Shown here: in pieces, positions 35,936-45,855 of the stretch | Layout of the letters: the number at the start of each line of letters is the position of its first letter | Position numbering within the stretch: the first letter of the stretch is position 1 | NCBI GenBank assembly: GCA_964599645.1 | Contig: CAZRGQ010000003.1 | Span: 17,565-81,564 of the forward strand | DNA length: 64,000 nucleotides | Direction: 5' to 3' | Source: an uncultured Lentisphaerales bacterium | Lineage (GTDB): Bacteria; Verrucomicrobiota; Kiritimatiellia; RFP12; JAAYLN01 | Made by a program: the position numbers and the translations under genes | Notes under the pieces: generated by a model | Seen by the model: the letters and a program-made list of their open reading frames with translations, nothing else | Told to the model about the DNA's origin: nothing | The model's database searches: none

Positions 35936-37119
35936 AACCCGCCATCGAAGCAAAAAATCTCGGCAAGTGGTACCGTCGCCAGGGACAGGGAGCGCAGACG
36001 CTGGCCAGCACCCTGCCACGCTGGCTGCGTGGCGAGAAGCCCGACGGCTTCTGGGCGCTGCGCAATCTCAACTTTACCGTGGCCAAGGGACAGACTGTCG
36101 GCGTCGTCGGCCCCAACGGCTCCGGCAAGAGCTCACTGCTGGGTCTCGTGGCCCGCACCATGACCCCAACCGAGGGTGAAGTCGTGACGGATGGCCGCAT
36201 CTCGGCCCTGCTCGAACTCGGCGCCGGCTTCCATCCCGACCTGTCAGGACGCGAAAACGTCTTTCTCAATGCCGCTATCCTCGGTATCCCGCGCGAAGAT
36301 GTGCGCCGCCGGTTTGATCATATTGTCGACTTCGCCGGACTGCGCGACTTTATCGATATGCCGGTTAAACACTACTCGAGCGGCATGTATGTGAGGCTTG
36401 CCTTCTCGGTGGCGATCGAGATGAAGCCCGAGATCCTCCTCGTCGATGAGGTGCTGGCAGTCGGCGATATGGCCTTCCAGATGCGCTGCCTCGACCGGAT
36501 TCGCGCCTTTCAGCAGGCCGGCAAAACAATTCTGCTCGTCTCGCACGCCCTTGAAACCGTCGAGGAGTTCTGCAGCGAGGTGCTGCTGATCCATGAGGGG
36601 AGCCTGCTGCTGCAGGGCGAACCCGCCGAGGTTATCTCCACCTACCTGCGCCAATATATGGTCCGTATCGGCATGCTCAACGTCGAAGAGCATGGCACCC
36701 GTGAAATCGAAATGGAGGCGGTGCGCCTGCTCGACGAAAATGGTCACGACGGCACCACCTTCAACAGCGGCGGCAGCCTGACGGTGGAGATCGACTACCA
36801 CGCCAAACGCCGCATCGAGCGCCCCGTCTTCGGTTTTAATATCAAGGCCGGCAACGGCTTCTACATCTTCGGCACCAATACCCAGATCGCCAAAAAGGAG
36901 ATTCCCTTTGTCGAGGGACGTGGCACCGTGCGCCTGCGCATCGATCCGCTCACGCTCAAGCAGGGGCGTTTCTTCCTCTCGCTGGCCGTGCATTCGTGGG
37001 ACCATACCGTGCAATACCACCGCCAGGAGGACCTGCACCCCTTCATGGTGCGCGACTTGAGTGAAGATAAAGGCACGCTCAAGCTCAACTGCGACTGGGA
37101 GATCAGGCCGCAGTCATGA
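35932..37119 (+). CDS. wzt: ABC polysaccharide export ATP-binding protein with C-terminal carbohydrate-binding domain (Wzt/TagH/KpsT family)
   Basis: Walker A GPNGSGKSSLL, signature YSSGMYVRLAF, Walker B ILLVDEVLAVGD. ~150-aa C-terminal extension typical of Wzt. Confidence 0.78.
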   Translation: MKPAIEAKNLGKWYRRQGQGAQTLASTLPRWLRGEKPDGFWALRNLNFTVAKGQTVGVVGPNGSGKSSLLGLVARTMTPTEGEVVTDGRISALLELGAGFHPDLSGRENVFLNAAILGIPREDVRRRFDHIVDFAGLRDFIDMPVKHYSSGMYVRLAFSVAIEMKPEILLVDEVLAVGDMAFQMRCLDRIRAFQQAGKTILLVSHALETVEEFCSEVLLIHEGSLLLQGEPAEVISTYLRQYMVRIGMLNVEEHGTREIEMEAVRLLDENGHDGTTFNSGGSLTVEIDYHAKRRIERPVFGFNIKAGNGFYIFGTNTQIAKKEIPFVEGRGTVRLRIDPLTLKQGRFFLSLAVHSWDHTVQYHRQEDLHPFMVRDLSEDKGTLKLNCDWEIRPQS

Positions 37120-37601
37120 AGCTCACCATTGCCGGCGTCGATCGCAGCCACGATGTAATCCCCGCCCTGACGCAGGAGGCGGAGCGCATGGCGGCGCTGC
37201 CCTATCTGGAGCGCCCCCCTGTGATTCCCGCCCCGATTGCCGCCACCAGCCTCAGCGCCGCCACCAGCGAAGCCGACTACCTGCAGCGCTTTAACAAGCT
37301 GATTGGCTGGCGCGCTGCGGTCCACCCCAACGTGCTGGCCCTGCCCCAAGCCCCGGGCTGGCACCATGCTTTCAAGGCGCGGTTGCGGCGCCTGCTCTGG
37401 CGTCTGCTCCAGTACCAGCGTGAACGCATCGCCTTCCGCCAGAACCTGATCAACTCCCAGCTCACCAGCGGTCTGATCTTTGAGAGTGAACAGCGCACCC
37501 ATGAAGTGGCAGAGCTACGCGCCACACTCGCCCGGCTGCAACAGGAGATCAACGCCCTGCGGCAGCAGCCCGCCGCCGGCCAACCGGGGGAGAAGCAGTG
37601 A
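37116..37601 (+). CDS. hypothetical protein (coiled-coil C-terminus)
   Basis: 161-aa ORF translationally coupled between wzt and a glycosyltransferase. No recognisable motifs. Confidence 0.4.
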   Translation: MKLTIAGVDRSHDVIPALTQEAERMAALPYLERPPVIPAPIAATSLSAATSEADYLQRFNKLIGWRAAVHPNVLALPQAPGWHHAFKARLRRLLWRLLQYQRERIAFRQNLINSQLTSGLIFESEQRTHEVAELRATLARLQQEINALRQQPAAGQPGEKQ

Positions 37602-38701
37602 TAAAACCGGGCAGACGCATCGACCAGATCATGGCCGGCTATGCCGACGGCGATGCCATCTCCGATCTGGCCCGTCAACTGCGTGATCTCTTCCGCGCCT
37701 GGGGCCATGAGTCGCACATCTACGCCGACCCTGCCACGACCTCGCCTGCCATGCGGGCCGATAGCCGCCCGCTTGCCGACTACACCGGGCGTGCCGACGA
37801 CATCGTCATCCACCACTATGGCATTATGTCGCCGGCCGTCGACCGCTTCCTGCAGGCACCGGCCCGCCGCATCATGGTCTACCACAACATCACACCCGCC
37901 GACTGGTTTGCCGGTTTTGACGACGCCGTCGCCGCCCGCCTTACAGAGGCTCGCGAGAGACTGCGGCATCTGGTAACGGCGGTCGACGCTCTCTGGACCG
38001 TCTCGCAGTTCAACGCCCGCGAGTTGCGCGCGGTCGGAGCGAAGGAGGTGGCGGTCTTGCCGCTGCCCTACCGTGCCATGCCGCCCGAGCCGCCTGAGCC
38101 GGAGCAGCTTGCGCTGGCCGCCACGCCGCTCACCAACATCCTCACGGTGGGTCGCATCGCTCCCAACAAGCGCCTGGAGGATCTGATTGCAGCCTTTGCC
38201 TGGTATCACCGCGTTCTCAACCCCCACAGCCGCCTGATCGTCGTCGGTTCACCGCTGAGTTGTCCGCGTTACTACGCCATGTTGCGCCTTCTGGTCGGCG
38301 ATCTCGATCTGGCCAACGTCTGTTTTGAAGGCTTTGCCTCGGCCGCCGGCCTGCAGGCCTACTACCGGCTGGCCGACCTCTACGTCTCCACCAGCGCCCA
38401 TGAAGGTTACTGTCTGCCGCTGGTCGAGGCGATGGATTACGGTGTGCCGGTATTGGCCCATGCCACCGGCGGCACCCCCGAGGCAATGGATGGCGCCGGC
38501 GTCCTCTACGAGGGGCTCGACGCGCCCCGCCTCGCTGCGCTCTTCCACCGTCTGCTCAGCGACCAGCCGCTACGCCGTGAAATTCTCGCCTCTCAGGAGC
38601 AGCGCATCAGCCGCGCTCATAACCGCGACCTCGCCTCCGAGGTCCGAACGCTGTTAGCAAATACTCAAAAGCATTTGACAAAAGCGGCCGATAAGACGTA
38701 A
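37598..38701 (+). CDS. glycosyltransferase family 4 (GT-B, retaining)
   Basis: C-terminal E-x7-E region (EGYCLPLVEAMDYGVPVLAHATGGTPE). Confidence 0.75.
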   Translation: MIKPGRRIDQIMAGYADGDAISDLARQLRDLFRAWGHESHIYADPATTSPAMRADSRPLADYTGRADDIVIHHYGIMSPAVDRFLQAPARRIMVYHNITPADWFAGFDDAVAARLTEARERLRHLVTAVDALWTVSQFNARELRAVGAKEVAVLPLPYRAMPPEPPEPEQLALAATPLTNILTVGRIAPNKRLEDLIAAFAWYHRVLNPHSRLIVVGSPLSCPRYYAMLRLLVGDLDLANVCFEGFASAAGLQAYYRLADLYVSTSAHEGYCLPLVEAMDYGVPVLAHATGGTPEAMDGAGVLYEGLDAPRLAALFHRLLSDQPLRREILASQEQRISRAHNRDLASEVRTLLANTQKHLTKAADKT

Positions 38702-38732
38702 ACTGACATATCTTTACCTTTGGAGTGTTTTT

Positions 38733-40469
38733 GTGGATGCAGTAGAACGGTTGCGGCATAGTACCGCACATGTGATGGCGGCAGCAGTCGGACGCCTCTA
38801 CCCCGACGCACAGTTTGACATCGGCCCGGCGACAGATGAGGGCTTTTACTACGATTTCGACCTCGAACATCGTCTGGTGCCTGAAGATTTTGCGGCCATT
38901 GAGGCCGAAATGCGCGCCATCGTGGCCGCCAAACTCCCCTTTGAGCGCTTTGAAACGACGCGTAGCGAGGCTGAGCAGTTGCTGGCCGGACAGCGCTACA
39001 AGTTGGAGCGTCTGGCCGATATCCCGCCCGGGGAGACGATCAGTTTCTACCGTTGTGGCGACTTTACCGATCTCTGCCGCGGCCCGCACCTGGCGCATAG
39101 CGGTGAATTGGGAGCCTTCAAGCTGACTTCGGTCGCCGGCTCATATTTCCGTGGCGACGAGAAAAATCCGATGTTGCAGCGCCTCTACGGTCTGGCCTTT
39201 GCCAGCGAGGCCGAGCTGGAGGCCGAGTTGGCCCGGCTCGAGGTGGCGCGGCAGCGCGACCACCGCAAGCTGGGGCGCGAGCTTGATCTCTACAGCATCA
39301 GCGAGACGATCGGGCCGGGACTGGCCCTCTGGCATCCGCGCGGAGCGCGTATCCGGGTGGCGATCGAAGATTACTGGCGTCGTGAACACTATCAGGCCGG
39401 CTATGAGATGGTCTTTACACCTCACGTAGGCCGGGCCGAACTCTGGGAGACCTCGGGGCATCTCGGCTTCTACCGCGAAGGGATGTTCCCCTCGATGATG
39501 CTGACTGAGGAGGCGGGACACGCAGCGGCACGTACCGAAGAGTACTACGTCAAGCCGATGAACTGCCCCTTCCATATCGAGATCTACCGCAGCCGGCGCT
39601 GGTCGTACCGCGATCTGCCGTTGCGCTGGGCCGAGCTGGGCACCGTCTATCGCTATGAGCGCGAGGGGGTGCGGCACGGTCTCTTGCGGGTACGCGGCTT
39701 CACCCAGGACGATGCCCATATCTTCTGCACCCCGGAGCAGATCGAGAGCGAGATCGTCCGTACGCTCAACTTTGCCCTGCGGATTCTGCGGCGTTTCGGC
39801 TTCAGCGAGATCACCGCCTATCTGGCGACGCGTCCTGCGGATAGCGTGGGCGCCGAGGAGCGTTGGGAGCAGGCCAGCCAGGCGCTGGAGCGTGCCCTGC
39901 AGAGCGAAGGCCTGCCCTATGAGGTCGACGAAGGCGGCGGCGCCTTCTACGGTCCCAAGATCGACCTCAAGATCAAGGATGCGCTAGGGCGCCAGTGGCA
40001 GCTCAGCACGATTCAGTTTGACTTCAACGAGCCGGAACGCTTTGAGATGTTCTATATCGGCGAAGATGGCCGGGAGCATCGTCCCTACATGGTGCATCGC
40101 GCCCTGCTGGGCAGTCTGGAGCGTTTCTTCGGTATCCTGATCGAGCATTATGGCGGCGCCTTCCCGCTCTGGCTGGCGCCGGAGCAGGTGCGCCTGCTGC
40201 CATTGAGCGACAAGCAGCTCGCTTATGCCCGCCAGGTGGTGGCCGAACTGCGCAGTGCCGGGTTCCGGGCGGATGTCGATGAGGATGCCGACAAGCTGGG
40301 AGCCAAGATTCGCCGGGCGCAGTTGGAGAAGATTCCCTATATGTTGATTGTTGGTGGCCGCGAGGCCGAGGCGGGTGTTGTCTCGGTGCGCAGCCGTGAA
40401 ACAGGCGATCAGGGTACCGTGCCCCTGGCCGACTTTATCAAACAGATTGGCACGGAAGCCCAGGCGTAG
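38733..40469 (+). CDS. thrS: threonine--tRNA ligase (N-terminally short form lacking TGS domain)
   Basis: 578 aa. Editing-domain HxxxH (RHSTAHVMAAAV), class II aaRS motifs (…FRCGDFTDLCRGPH…; MNCPFHIEIY; …YGPKIDL…). GTG start preceded by GGAG. Confidence 0.9.
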   Translation: MDAVERLRHSTAHVMAAAVGRLYPDAQFDIGPATDEGFYYDFDLEHRLVPEDFAAIEAEMRAIVAAKLPFERFETTRSEAEQLLAGQRYKLERLADIPPGETISFYRCGDFTDLCRGPHLAHSGELGAFKLTSVAGSYFRGDEKNPMLQRLYGLAFASEAELEAELARLEVARQRDHRKLGRELDLYSISETIGPGLALWHPRGARIRVAIEDYWRREHYQAGYEMVFTPHVGRAELWETSGHLGFYREGMFPSMMLTEEAGHAAARTEEYYVKPMNCPFHIEIYRSRRWSYRDLPLRWAELGTVYRYEREGVRHGLLRVRGFTQDDAHIFCTPEQIESEIVRTLNFALRILRRFGFSEITAYLATRPADSVGAEERWEQASQALERALQSEGLPYEVDEGGGAFYGPKIDLKIKDALGRQWQLSTIQFDFNEPERFEMFYIGEDGREHRPYMVHRALLGSLERFFGILIEHYGGAFPLWLAPEQVRLLPLSDKQLAYARQVVAELRSAGFRADVDEDADKLGAKIRRAQLEKIPYMLIVGGREAEAGVVSVRSRETGDQGTVPLADFIKQIGTEAQA

Positions 40470-40529
40470 AGGACGCCGTACAGGAGAAGAGTCATCGGCT
40501 CATTTATTCGCACCAACTTCAAGATACGC

Positions 40530-41063
40530 GTGGCCAATGTCCGCGTAATCGATGCAGACGGCTCAATGCTGGGGGTCTTGCCAACCCGTGAAGCACAGCG
40601 TTTGGCCCAACAACAGGGGCTTGACCTGGTAGAGGTTTCGCCCAACGTCGATCCACCGGTCTGCAAGATCATGGATTTCGGCAAATTCCGCTACGACGAA
40701 GGCATGAAGCGCAAGCAGGCACGCAAGGGCCAACAGCGCCAATTGGTCAAGGAGATCAAATTTCACGCCAGCGTCGCCCGTCACGACCTCGATACCAAGC
40801 TGCGCAAAACGCGGGAGTTTCTCGGGGAGGGGCACAAGGTCAAGCTGACACTCGCCTATCGTGGACGTGAGAATGCGCACAAAGATATCGGTTTCGAAGT
40901 TATGCAAGGTGTAATCAACGATCTGGAAGGTGATGCGGTCTGTGAGCAGCAACCGCGTCTGCAGGGTCGTCTGCTGAGCTGCATGTTGGCTCCCAAGCCA
41001 CAGAAGGGGAGCAAGTCCTCCGGCGGTGGCGCAGCCAAACCGGAGCGCACTGAGAGTCGCTAG
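40530..41063 (+). CDS. infC: translation initiation factor IF-3
   Basis: VRVIDADGSMLGVLPTREAQRLAQQQGLDLVEVSPNVDPPVCKIMDFGKF is the IF-3 N-domain. True start probably a non-AUG codon (ATT at 40506 or ATA at 40524), as is typical for infC; the ORF track uses GTG at 40530. Confidence 0.85.
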   Translation: MANVRVIDADGSMLGVLPTREAQRLAQQQGLDLVEVSPNVDPPVCKIMDFGKFRYDEGMKRKQARKGQQRQLVKEIKFHASVARHDLDTKLRKTREFLGEGHKVKLTLAYRGRENAHKDIGFEVMQGVINDLEGDAVCEQQPRLQGRLLSCMLAPKPQKGSKSSGGGAAKPERTESR

Positions 41064-41078
41064 TGGCGGGCTCTTTTT

Positions 41079-41099
41079 TGTGAGTTGTGAGTTGTGAGC
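41079..41099. repeat. heptamer microsatellite (TGTGAGT TGTGAGT TGTGAGC) preceded by T6 and followed by palindromes GAGCGCTC / CTCTG..CAGAG
   Basis: Same TGTRAGY unit as at 29130, 47251 and 47441 (reverse). Read directly. Confidence 0.6.
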
Positions 41100-41171
41100 G
41101 CTCTGTCGACGCCGCAGAGCCTCCGCCACTTAAGAGTTCTGCGTTAAATGTTGGATGCCGGGCGCTTGGCA

Positions 41172-41408
41172 TCAAACATTATCTAACAGCTTGAGATCGG
41201 GGGGCAGCGAGGCCGGCATCCCGGCTATCTTGACCATCTTGTCGATCAGCTCATCGAGGTGGTGCCCGCTCGCAGCGATCATCTCCACAGCGGGCAACTG
41301 GCTCTCTGTCAGGCTGCCGAAGTAGCTCTTTTGCAACATCTCGATTGTGCCTGCTATCACCGTCAGCGGTTGGCGCAGCTCCTGGCCAAACTCGGCCATC
41401 AACATCAA
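41172..41408 (-). CDS. small protein with histidine-kinase dimerisation (HisKA/DHp)-like motif; possibly a remnant
   Basis: 78 aa. ELRQPLTVIAGTIEML resembles the DHp phospho-acceptor helix pattern but lacks the phosphorylatable His, and no ATPase domain follows. The upstream minus-strand frame is broken. Confidence 0.25.
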   Translation of the reverse strand: MMLMAEFGQELRQPLTVIAGTIEMLQKSYFGSLTESQLPAVEMIAASGHHLDELIDKMVKIAGMPASLPPDLKLLDNV

Positions 41409-41743
41409 AAGCTGCCGCCGGGTGAGGTCGGCATTTTCGGGGCGCGCAACTGCAGTCGCAGCGATACGCTGGTAGGTGTGGGAGGTGGCATTGATCTGCT
41501 TCAGCCCGGCCGCGGCAAAGAGGGCAGTCGCGCCACCCGCAGTTGCGGCGGCGGAGTGTTTGTCGAAGAGCAGCCTGAAGAAGAGCTCGATCTCCCGTCG
41601 CTCTGTGCCGGTCGCGAAGTGGAGATCGTGGGCTTTGATTTGCGTCAGACGCTGAGCCAGCGCAAGACGATAAAGGTGTCGTCCCGCACCTGCTGCTCGT
41701 CTCTCGCTCTTTGGTTCACGCTTGCACCTGCACTGCTAAAGGG

Positions 41744-42352
41744 CTATGACAACGCCTGCCGCAACGCCGCTCCGTAGCGGCGTGTATAGACAATAACCGA
41801 AAGGAAGTTGATCACCAGTCCGAAGCATTCAATGGCAAGCATCGCCGTTAGCGGGATCAGCCCCCAGACCAGATAGAGGTAGAGCAGGCAGCCGATGGGA
41901 AAGCTGATCGCGGTGCGCAGTTTTCCCATCCAGTTGGCACCCATGTCGGCTTTGCTCCCGGCTGCCAGCGTGCGCAGAAAAGAGACCCACTGGTCGCGCA
42001 GTAGATAGGAGACGGTAAAGATCAGCATGACGATGGCATGTGCACTATCCGCAGCGCCACGTTGCGCCAGCAGGAAGGTGAGGGTCGGGAAGACGACGAT
42101 GAAGAAGACTTTGTCGGTCAGCGGGTCGGCCAGGGCACCGAAGTGGGTCGTCACCTGCCATTTGCGTGCCAGGTAGCCGTCGAACATGTCGGTGAGCGAG
42201 GCGCCAATCAACAGCGCCAGATTGAGCGGTGCCAGCCACTCCGGCTGCCACGCAAGGTGTGCCAGGGCACCTGCCATGAAGCAGATGACGAAAGGCACGC
42301 GTGCCAGCGTCAGGATGGTTACCAGTGTCAAGGCCACTTTGCGATCAGTCAT
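41744..42352 (-). CDS. pgsA: CDP-alcohol phosphatidyltransferase (PgsA-like)
   Basis: 202 aa, multiple TM segments. Complete D-G-x2-A-R-x8-G-x3-D-x3-D motif (DGYLARKWQVTTHFGALADPLTD). Confidence 0.78.
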   Translation of the reverse strand: MTDRKVALTLVTILTLARVPFVICFMAGALAHLAWQPEWLAPLNLALLIGASLTDMFDGYLARKWQVTTHFGALADPLTDKVFFIVVFPTLTFLLAQRGAADSAHAIVMLIFTVSYLLRDQWVSFLRTLAAGSKADMGANWMGKLRTAISFPIGCLLYLYLVWGLIPLTAMLAIECFGLVINFLSVIVYTRRYGAALRQALS

Positions 42353-42547
42353 CGTTCTCTCTCGCTCTCTCTTAAGCTGAACTTGATATTAGCACCTCGC
42401 TGTTTACAAGGCAAGTGCCGAGCGCGCCGCTTACAGGGCTCAAAAAAATAACCACTTTGCAGTGCTCGCCTGCTATGCTATATTACCACCTGTAAAGCGG
42501 CTGGTTTTGGTTGCTTAACCAGCCCGTTAGCCTATCGGAGAGTTTTT

Positions 42548-43840
42548 ATGCCAAAGTTTAACTACATTGCCATGGATGGCGCCGGCAAAGAGACGCGCGG
42601 CTCGATTGAGGCGGCGACCCAGGCGCAGGCGATCGCACAGATCAGGCGCCAGGGACTCTTCCCCACGGCTATCGGTCAGGCGGATGGCGGCAGTGGCCGC
42701 GCCGGTGGCCCGCGGGCAGAGGCGGCATCAGCCGCCAAGGGCGGCGGCCTCAACATGGAGATCAAGCTCCCCAAGTTTTTACAGCCCAAGGTCAAGGCCA
42801 AGGAGCTGACCGTCTTTACCCGTCAGCTTGCCACCCTGGTGGATGCCGGATTGCCACTTCTGCGCGGCTTGCGCGTATTGCATCGCCAGACGCGCAATGC
42901 AACGCTGAAAGAGGCCTTGGCAGAGATGGGGGAGTCGGTTGAGAGTGGCAGTACCTTCTCCGAATCGCTCTCGCTCCACCCCCGTATCTTTGACCACCTC
43001 TTTGTCAACATGGTGCGTGCCGGTGAGGCCGGCGGTGTCTTGGAGGTGGTGTTGGCGCGTCTCTCGGAGTTCATGGAGAAGGCCGAGAAGATCAAGAACA
43101 AGGTGAAGAGCGCCATGATCTATCCGGTGGTGGTACTGGTGGCCGCCGTCGGTATCACCGGCTTCCTGTTGATTGCCGTGATTCCCAAATTTGAAGAGAT
43201 CTTCCTCGATCTACTGGAGGGCAAGAGCCTGCCGGGCATTACCAAATTTGTGATTGCTGCCAGTAACGTGCTGCAAAACTACTTTATAATCGTTTTGATT
43301 ACGATTGTCATTCTGGTCGTGGTGATCAGGCTCTGGGCCTCCACCAAGAGCGGCCGTCTGATCATGGACCACGTCAAGGTGCGCACACCCGTCTTCGGCA
43401 CACTGGTGCGTCGTACTGCTATTGCCCGCTTTACCCGTACCCTCGGCACCCTGATGGCCTCGGGCGTACCGGTGCTGCAAGCGCTCATCATTGTGCGCGA
43501 TACCGCCGGCAACGCCGTCTATGCCACCGCCCTGCAGCATGTACACGACAGCGTCAAAGAGGGCGAGAGCATGGCCGGGCCGATGGAGGCCGCCAAGGTC
43601 TTTCCGCCCATGGTGATCAGCATGGTGGAGGTGGGCGAAGAGACCGGTGCCCTGCCGGAGATGCTCACCCGTATTGCCGATACCTACGAAGATGAGGTTG
43701 ATAATGCTGTAGCCGGTCTCACCTCGATTCTCGAGCCGCTGATGATCATGTTCCTAGCGGTGATCGTCGGTACCATCGTGATTGCCATGTTCCTGCCGCT
43801 CGTCTCGATCATCACTGAGCTCGGCGGTGCCGGCGGCTAA
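42548..43840 (+). CDS. inner-membrane platform protein (GspF/PilC family), second paralog
   Basis: 430 aa. MPKFNYIAMDGAGKETRGSIEAATQAQAIAQIRRQGLFP N-terminus. Duplicated GspF domains with 3 TM segments. Confidence 0.8.
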   Translation: MPKFNYIAMDGAGKETRGSIEAATQAQAIAQIRRQGLFPTAIGQADGGSGRAGGPRAEAASAAKGGGLNMEIKLPKFLQPKVKAKELTVFTRQLATLVDAGLPLLRGLRVLHRQTRNATLKEALAEMGESVESGSTFSESLSLHPRIFDHLFVNMVRAGEAGGVLEVVLARLSEFMEKAEKIKNKVKSAMIYPVVVLVAAVGITGFLLIAVIPKFEEIFLDLLEGKSLPGITKFVIAASNVLQNYFIIVLITIVILVVVIRLWASTKSGRLIMDHVKVRTPVFGTLVRRTAIARFTRTLGTLMASGVPVLQALIIVRDTAGNAVYATALQHVHDSVKEGESMAGPMEAAKVFPPMVISMVEVGEETGALPEMLTRIADTYEDEVDNAVAGLTSILEPLMIMFLAVIVGTIVIAMFLPLVSIITELGGAGG

Positions 43841-43871
43841 ACCATCGACCACCTCTCCACGGAGACGCATC

Positions 43872-44699
43872 ATGAACCCTCAAACACATACCTCTGCATC
43901 TCCCCGCAAAGCGGCCGTCAGGCCCGGCCGCTACCGGGCCGCCTTTACGCTGGTGGAGATGCTCGTCGTCATTGTGGTAATCCTGATTCTGGCGGGGATC
44001 GTCTTTCGCATGACGCTGCCTGCCTTCAGCCAGGCCAACAAGGCGCTGACGGTGGCGCGGCTGGAGAAGCTCAAGGCGGCGATCGAGGAGTTCTATGCCG
44101 AGTATGGCCACTATCCGCCCGTCCCCTACTACCCTGATGCCTACACATCCGATAGAGATGTAGGAGCCTCTAAAGAGACTCTGGTACAGCCGATACGCTA
44201 TGAGTTTCCCTCTAAAGGCAACATGGCCATGGGATTGGTGGGCGGGCTTACCGGCAAGACGTGGGCAGAAAAGCCGCTCTTCACCTTTGGCCTGCTCTCC
44301 TTTCTGATGTTGCGGGTGCCGGAGGGGGTGAGTAGCGAGGCTGACCTGCCGTGGTACAGCAGCCTGGCCGCCCTGGACTCGCCGCAGTGGGGCGACTACA
44401 ACACCAGCCAATTCAACCAGGAGCGTGACGAGGTGGCTGTCGCGCGTTGGAAACCCTTTCTGGATGGTGCGGAAATCATCAATGATGTATTCGTCTATGA
44501 TCCGAAGCAGACGTACACCAATCTGCACTATACGGCTTTGGACGGCTGGAAGCGGGAGTTTGTCTATATCTCGCCACCGCCCCACCAGAGCTACCTCCTC
44601 TTCTCGGCCGGGCCCGATGGCAAGTATGACTCCACCGATATCCACACCCGCAAGAAGAAGGTAAATCGGGACAACATTTACGGAGATGCCGGATTCTAG
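43872..44699 (+). CDS. pilin/pseudopilin-like protein (prepilin-type N-terminus, Ala at -1)
   Basis: …GRYRAAFTLVEMLVVIVVILILAGIVF…. Start inside the ORF-track extension (43782). Confidence 0.7.
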   Translation: MNPQTHTSASPRKAAVRPGRYRAAFTLVEMLVVIVVILILAGIVFRMTLPAFSQANKALTVARLEKLKAAIEEFYAEYGHYPPVPYYPDAYTSDRDVGASKETLVQPIRYEFPSKGNMAMGLVGGLTGKTWAEKPLFTFGLLSFLMLRVPEGVSSEADLPWYSSLAALDSPQWGDYNTSQFNQERDEVAVARWKPFLDGAEIINDVFVYDPKQTYTNLHYTALDGWKREFVYISPPPHQSYLLFSAGPDGKYDSTDIHTRKKKVNRDNIYGDAGF

Positions 44700-44704
44700 G
44701 AGCC

Positions 44705-45304
44705 ATGCAGATGGAAAACAGCAGAAGAGTTGACGACAAGGGCGACCACGCCGCCGGCTTCACTCTGGTCGAGATATTGGCCGTGATCATGATTATGGCT
44801 GTTCTGATGGCCGTCGTGACGGGCGGTTTGCGCCAGGCACGCCTCTCGGCCTGGCGTGTCAAGGCGCGCGACAGTGCCCGGCAGCTCGTGGCCGGCTGGA
44901 ATCTACACCTTACCGACCGGCGCTGCTTCCCGCCCAGGGGCGACTTCAGCAGTGCAGCCCACGGCGGCTTCGCTGCCACCCCGGCCAACCTGGCGCTCCT
45001 TAATAAGGATGGCATCGTCTACCTTGAGTTGAGCGAAGTTGAGCGTGATGAGCACAATCAGTGGTCCCAGCGCAGCGGCCTGCGCGACCGCTGGAATCAC
45101 CATATTCACTTCAATCTCAACTTTGAGTTTGACAAGAAGATGCCAAATCCGGCGCCATATTCACGTTATATCCGGCGCGATGGTAGTACCTCGGCCAAAG
45201 ATCCCATTGATTTTATTCAGGCCAATGCCATAGCCTGGTCGTTGGGCAGTATTGCCGAGAAAGATAGCGACGATTGGAAGAGGGGATGGATTGTGCAATG
45301 GTAA
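44705..45304 (+). CDS. pilin/pseudopilin-like protein
   Basis: …DHAAGFTLVEILAVIMIMAVLMAV…. Confidence 0.65.
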   Translation: MQMENSRRVDDKGDHAAGFTLVEILAVIMIMAVLMAVVTGGLRQARLSAWRVKARDSARQLVAGWNLHLTDRRCFPPRGDFSSAAHGGFAATPANLALLNKDGIVYLELSEVERDEHNQWSQRSGLRDRWNHHIHFNLNFEFDKKMPNPAPYSRYIRRDGSTSAKDPIDFIQANAIAWSLGSIAEKDSDDWKRGWIVQW

Positions 45305-45855
45305 CAAAATTAAAGCGTTTGCCGGATAGCAGCCTTAAGTGCGGTCGCAGCGGCTTCACCCTGATCGAGTTGATGGTGGTAGTCGTGATCATGGCGCTCC
45401 TGGCCACAGTGATCATGGGCAGTGCTACCTACGTCAACCGGCTGGCGCGCGAAAAACGCGCCAATACCACCTGCAGCGTGCTCGAGACGGCGCTCTACCG
45501 TTACCGTTCCGACTACAACAAGTGGCCCGGTGGCAGTGATCTCAAGACAACGGGCGCAACCACGTTTTCCGGTGTCAACAACGCCAAGGTCTTCGGTCCG
45601 CTGCGTTCCGGCAACAGTGCCAATACCAAAGGCATCCAATATCTCGATGAGTCGACCCTCTTCACCGTGGTCGCCGGCAAGCCACGCCGTTTGAGCAGCT
45701 TGGGTGATAATGCCAAACCGGCCGTGCCGCTCACCTATGCCACTCGTAATCGCAACCTCATGAAGTATTTCACGGTTGTTATTAACGTTGATAACGATAC
45801 CGTCACAGTATCGGCGCCGGGGCTCAAAGATAAAGAGGACGACGATGAGAGTTGA
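45298..45855 (+). CDS. pilin/pseudopilin-like protein (GspG-like)
   Basis: MVTKLKRLPDSSLKCGRSGFTLIELMVVVVIMALLATV. ATGGTAA overlap with the preceding gene. Confidence 0.7.
   Translation: MVTKLKRLPDSSLKCGRSGFTLIELMVVVVIMALLATVIMGSATYVNRLAREKRANTTCSVLETALYRYRSDYNKWPGGSDLKTTGATTFSGVNNAKVFGPLRSGNSANTKGIQYLDESTLFTVVAGKPRRLSSLGDNAKPAVPLTYATRNRNLMKYFTVVINVDNDTVTVSAPGLKDKEDDDES

Noticed and set aside
41064-41082. T6 tract after infC as an intrinsic terminator
   Set aside because: No convincing GC-rich stem immediately precedes the T-tract. Left uncalled.
41259-41777. 172-aa + strand ORF between the HisKA-like ORF and pgsA
   Set aside because: No motifs. It overlaps both minus-strand genes. Likely a spurious frame.
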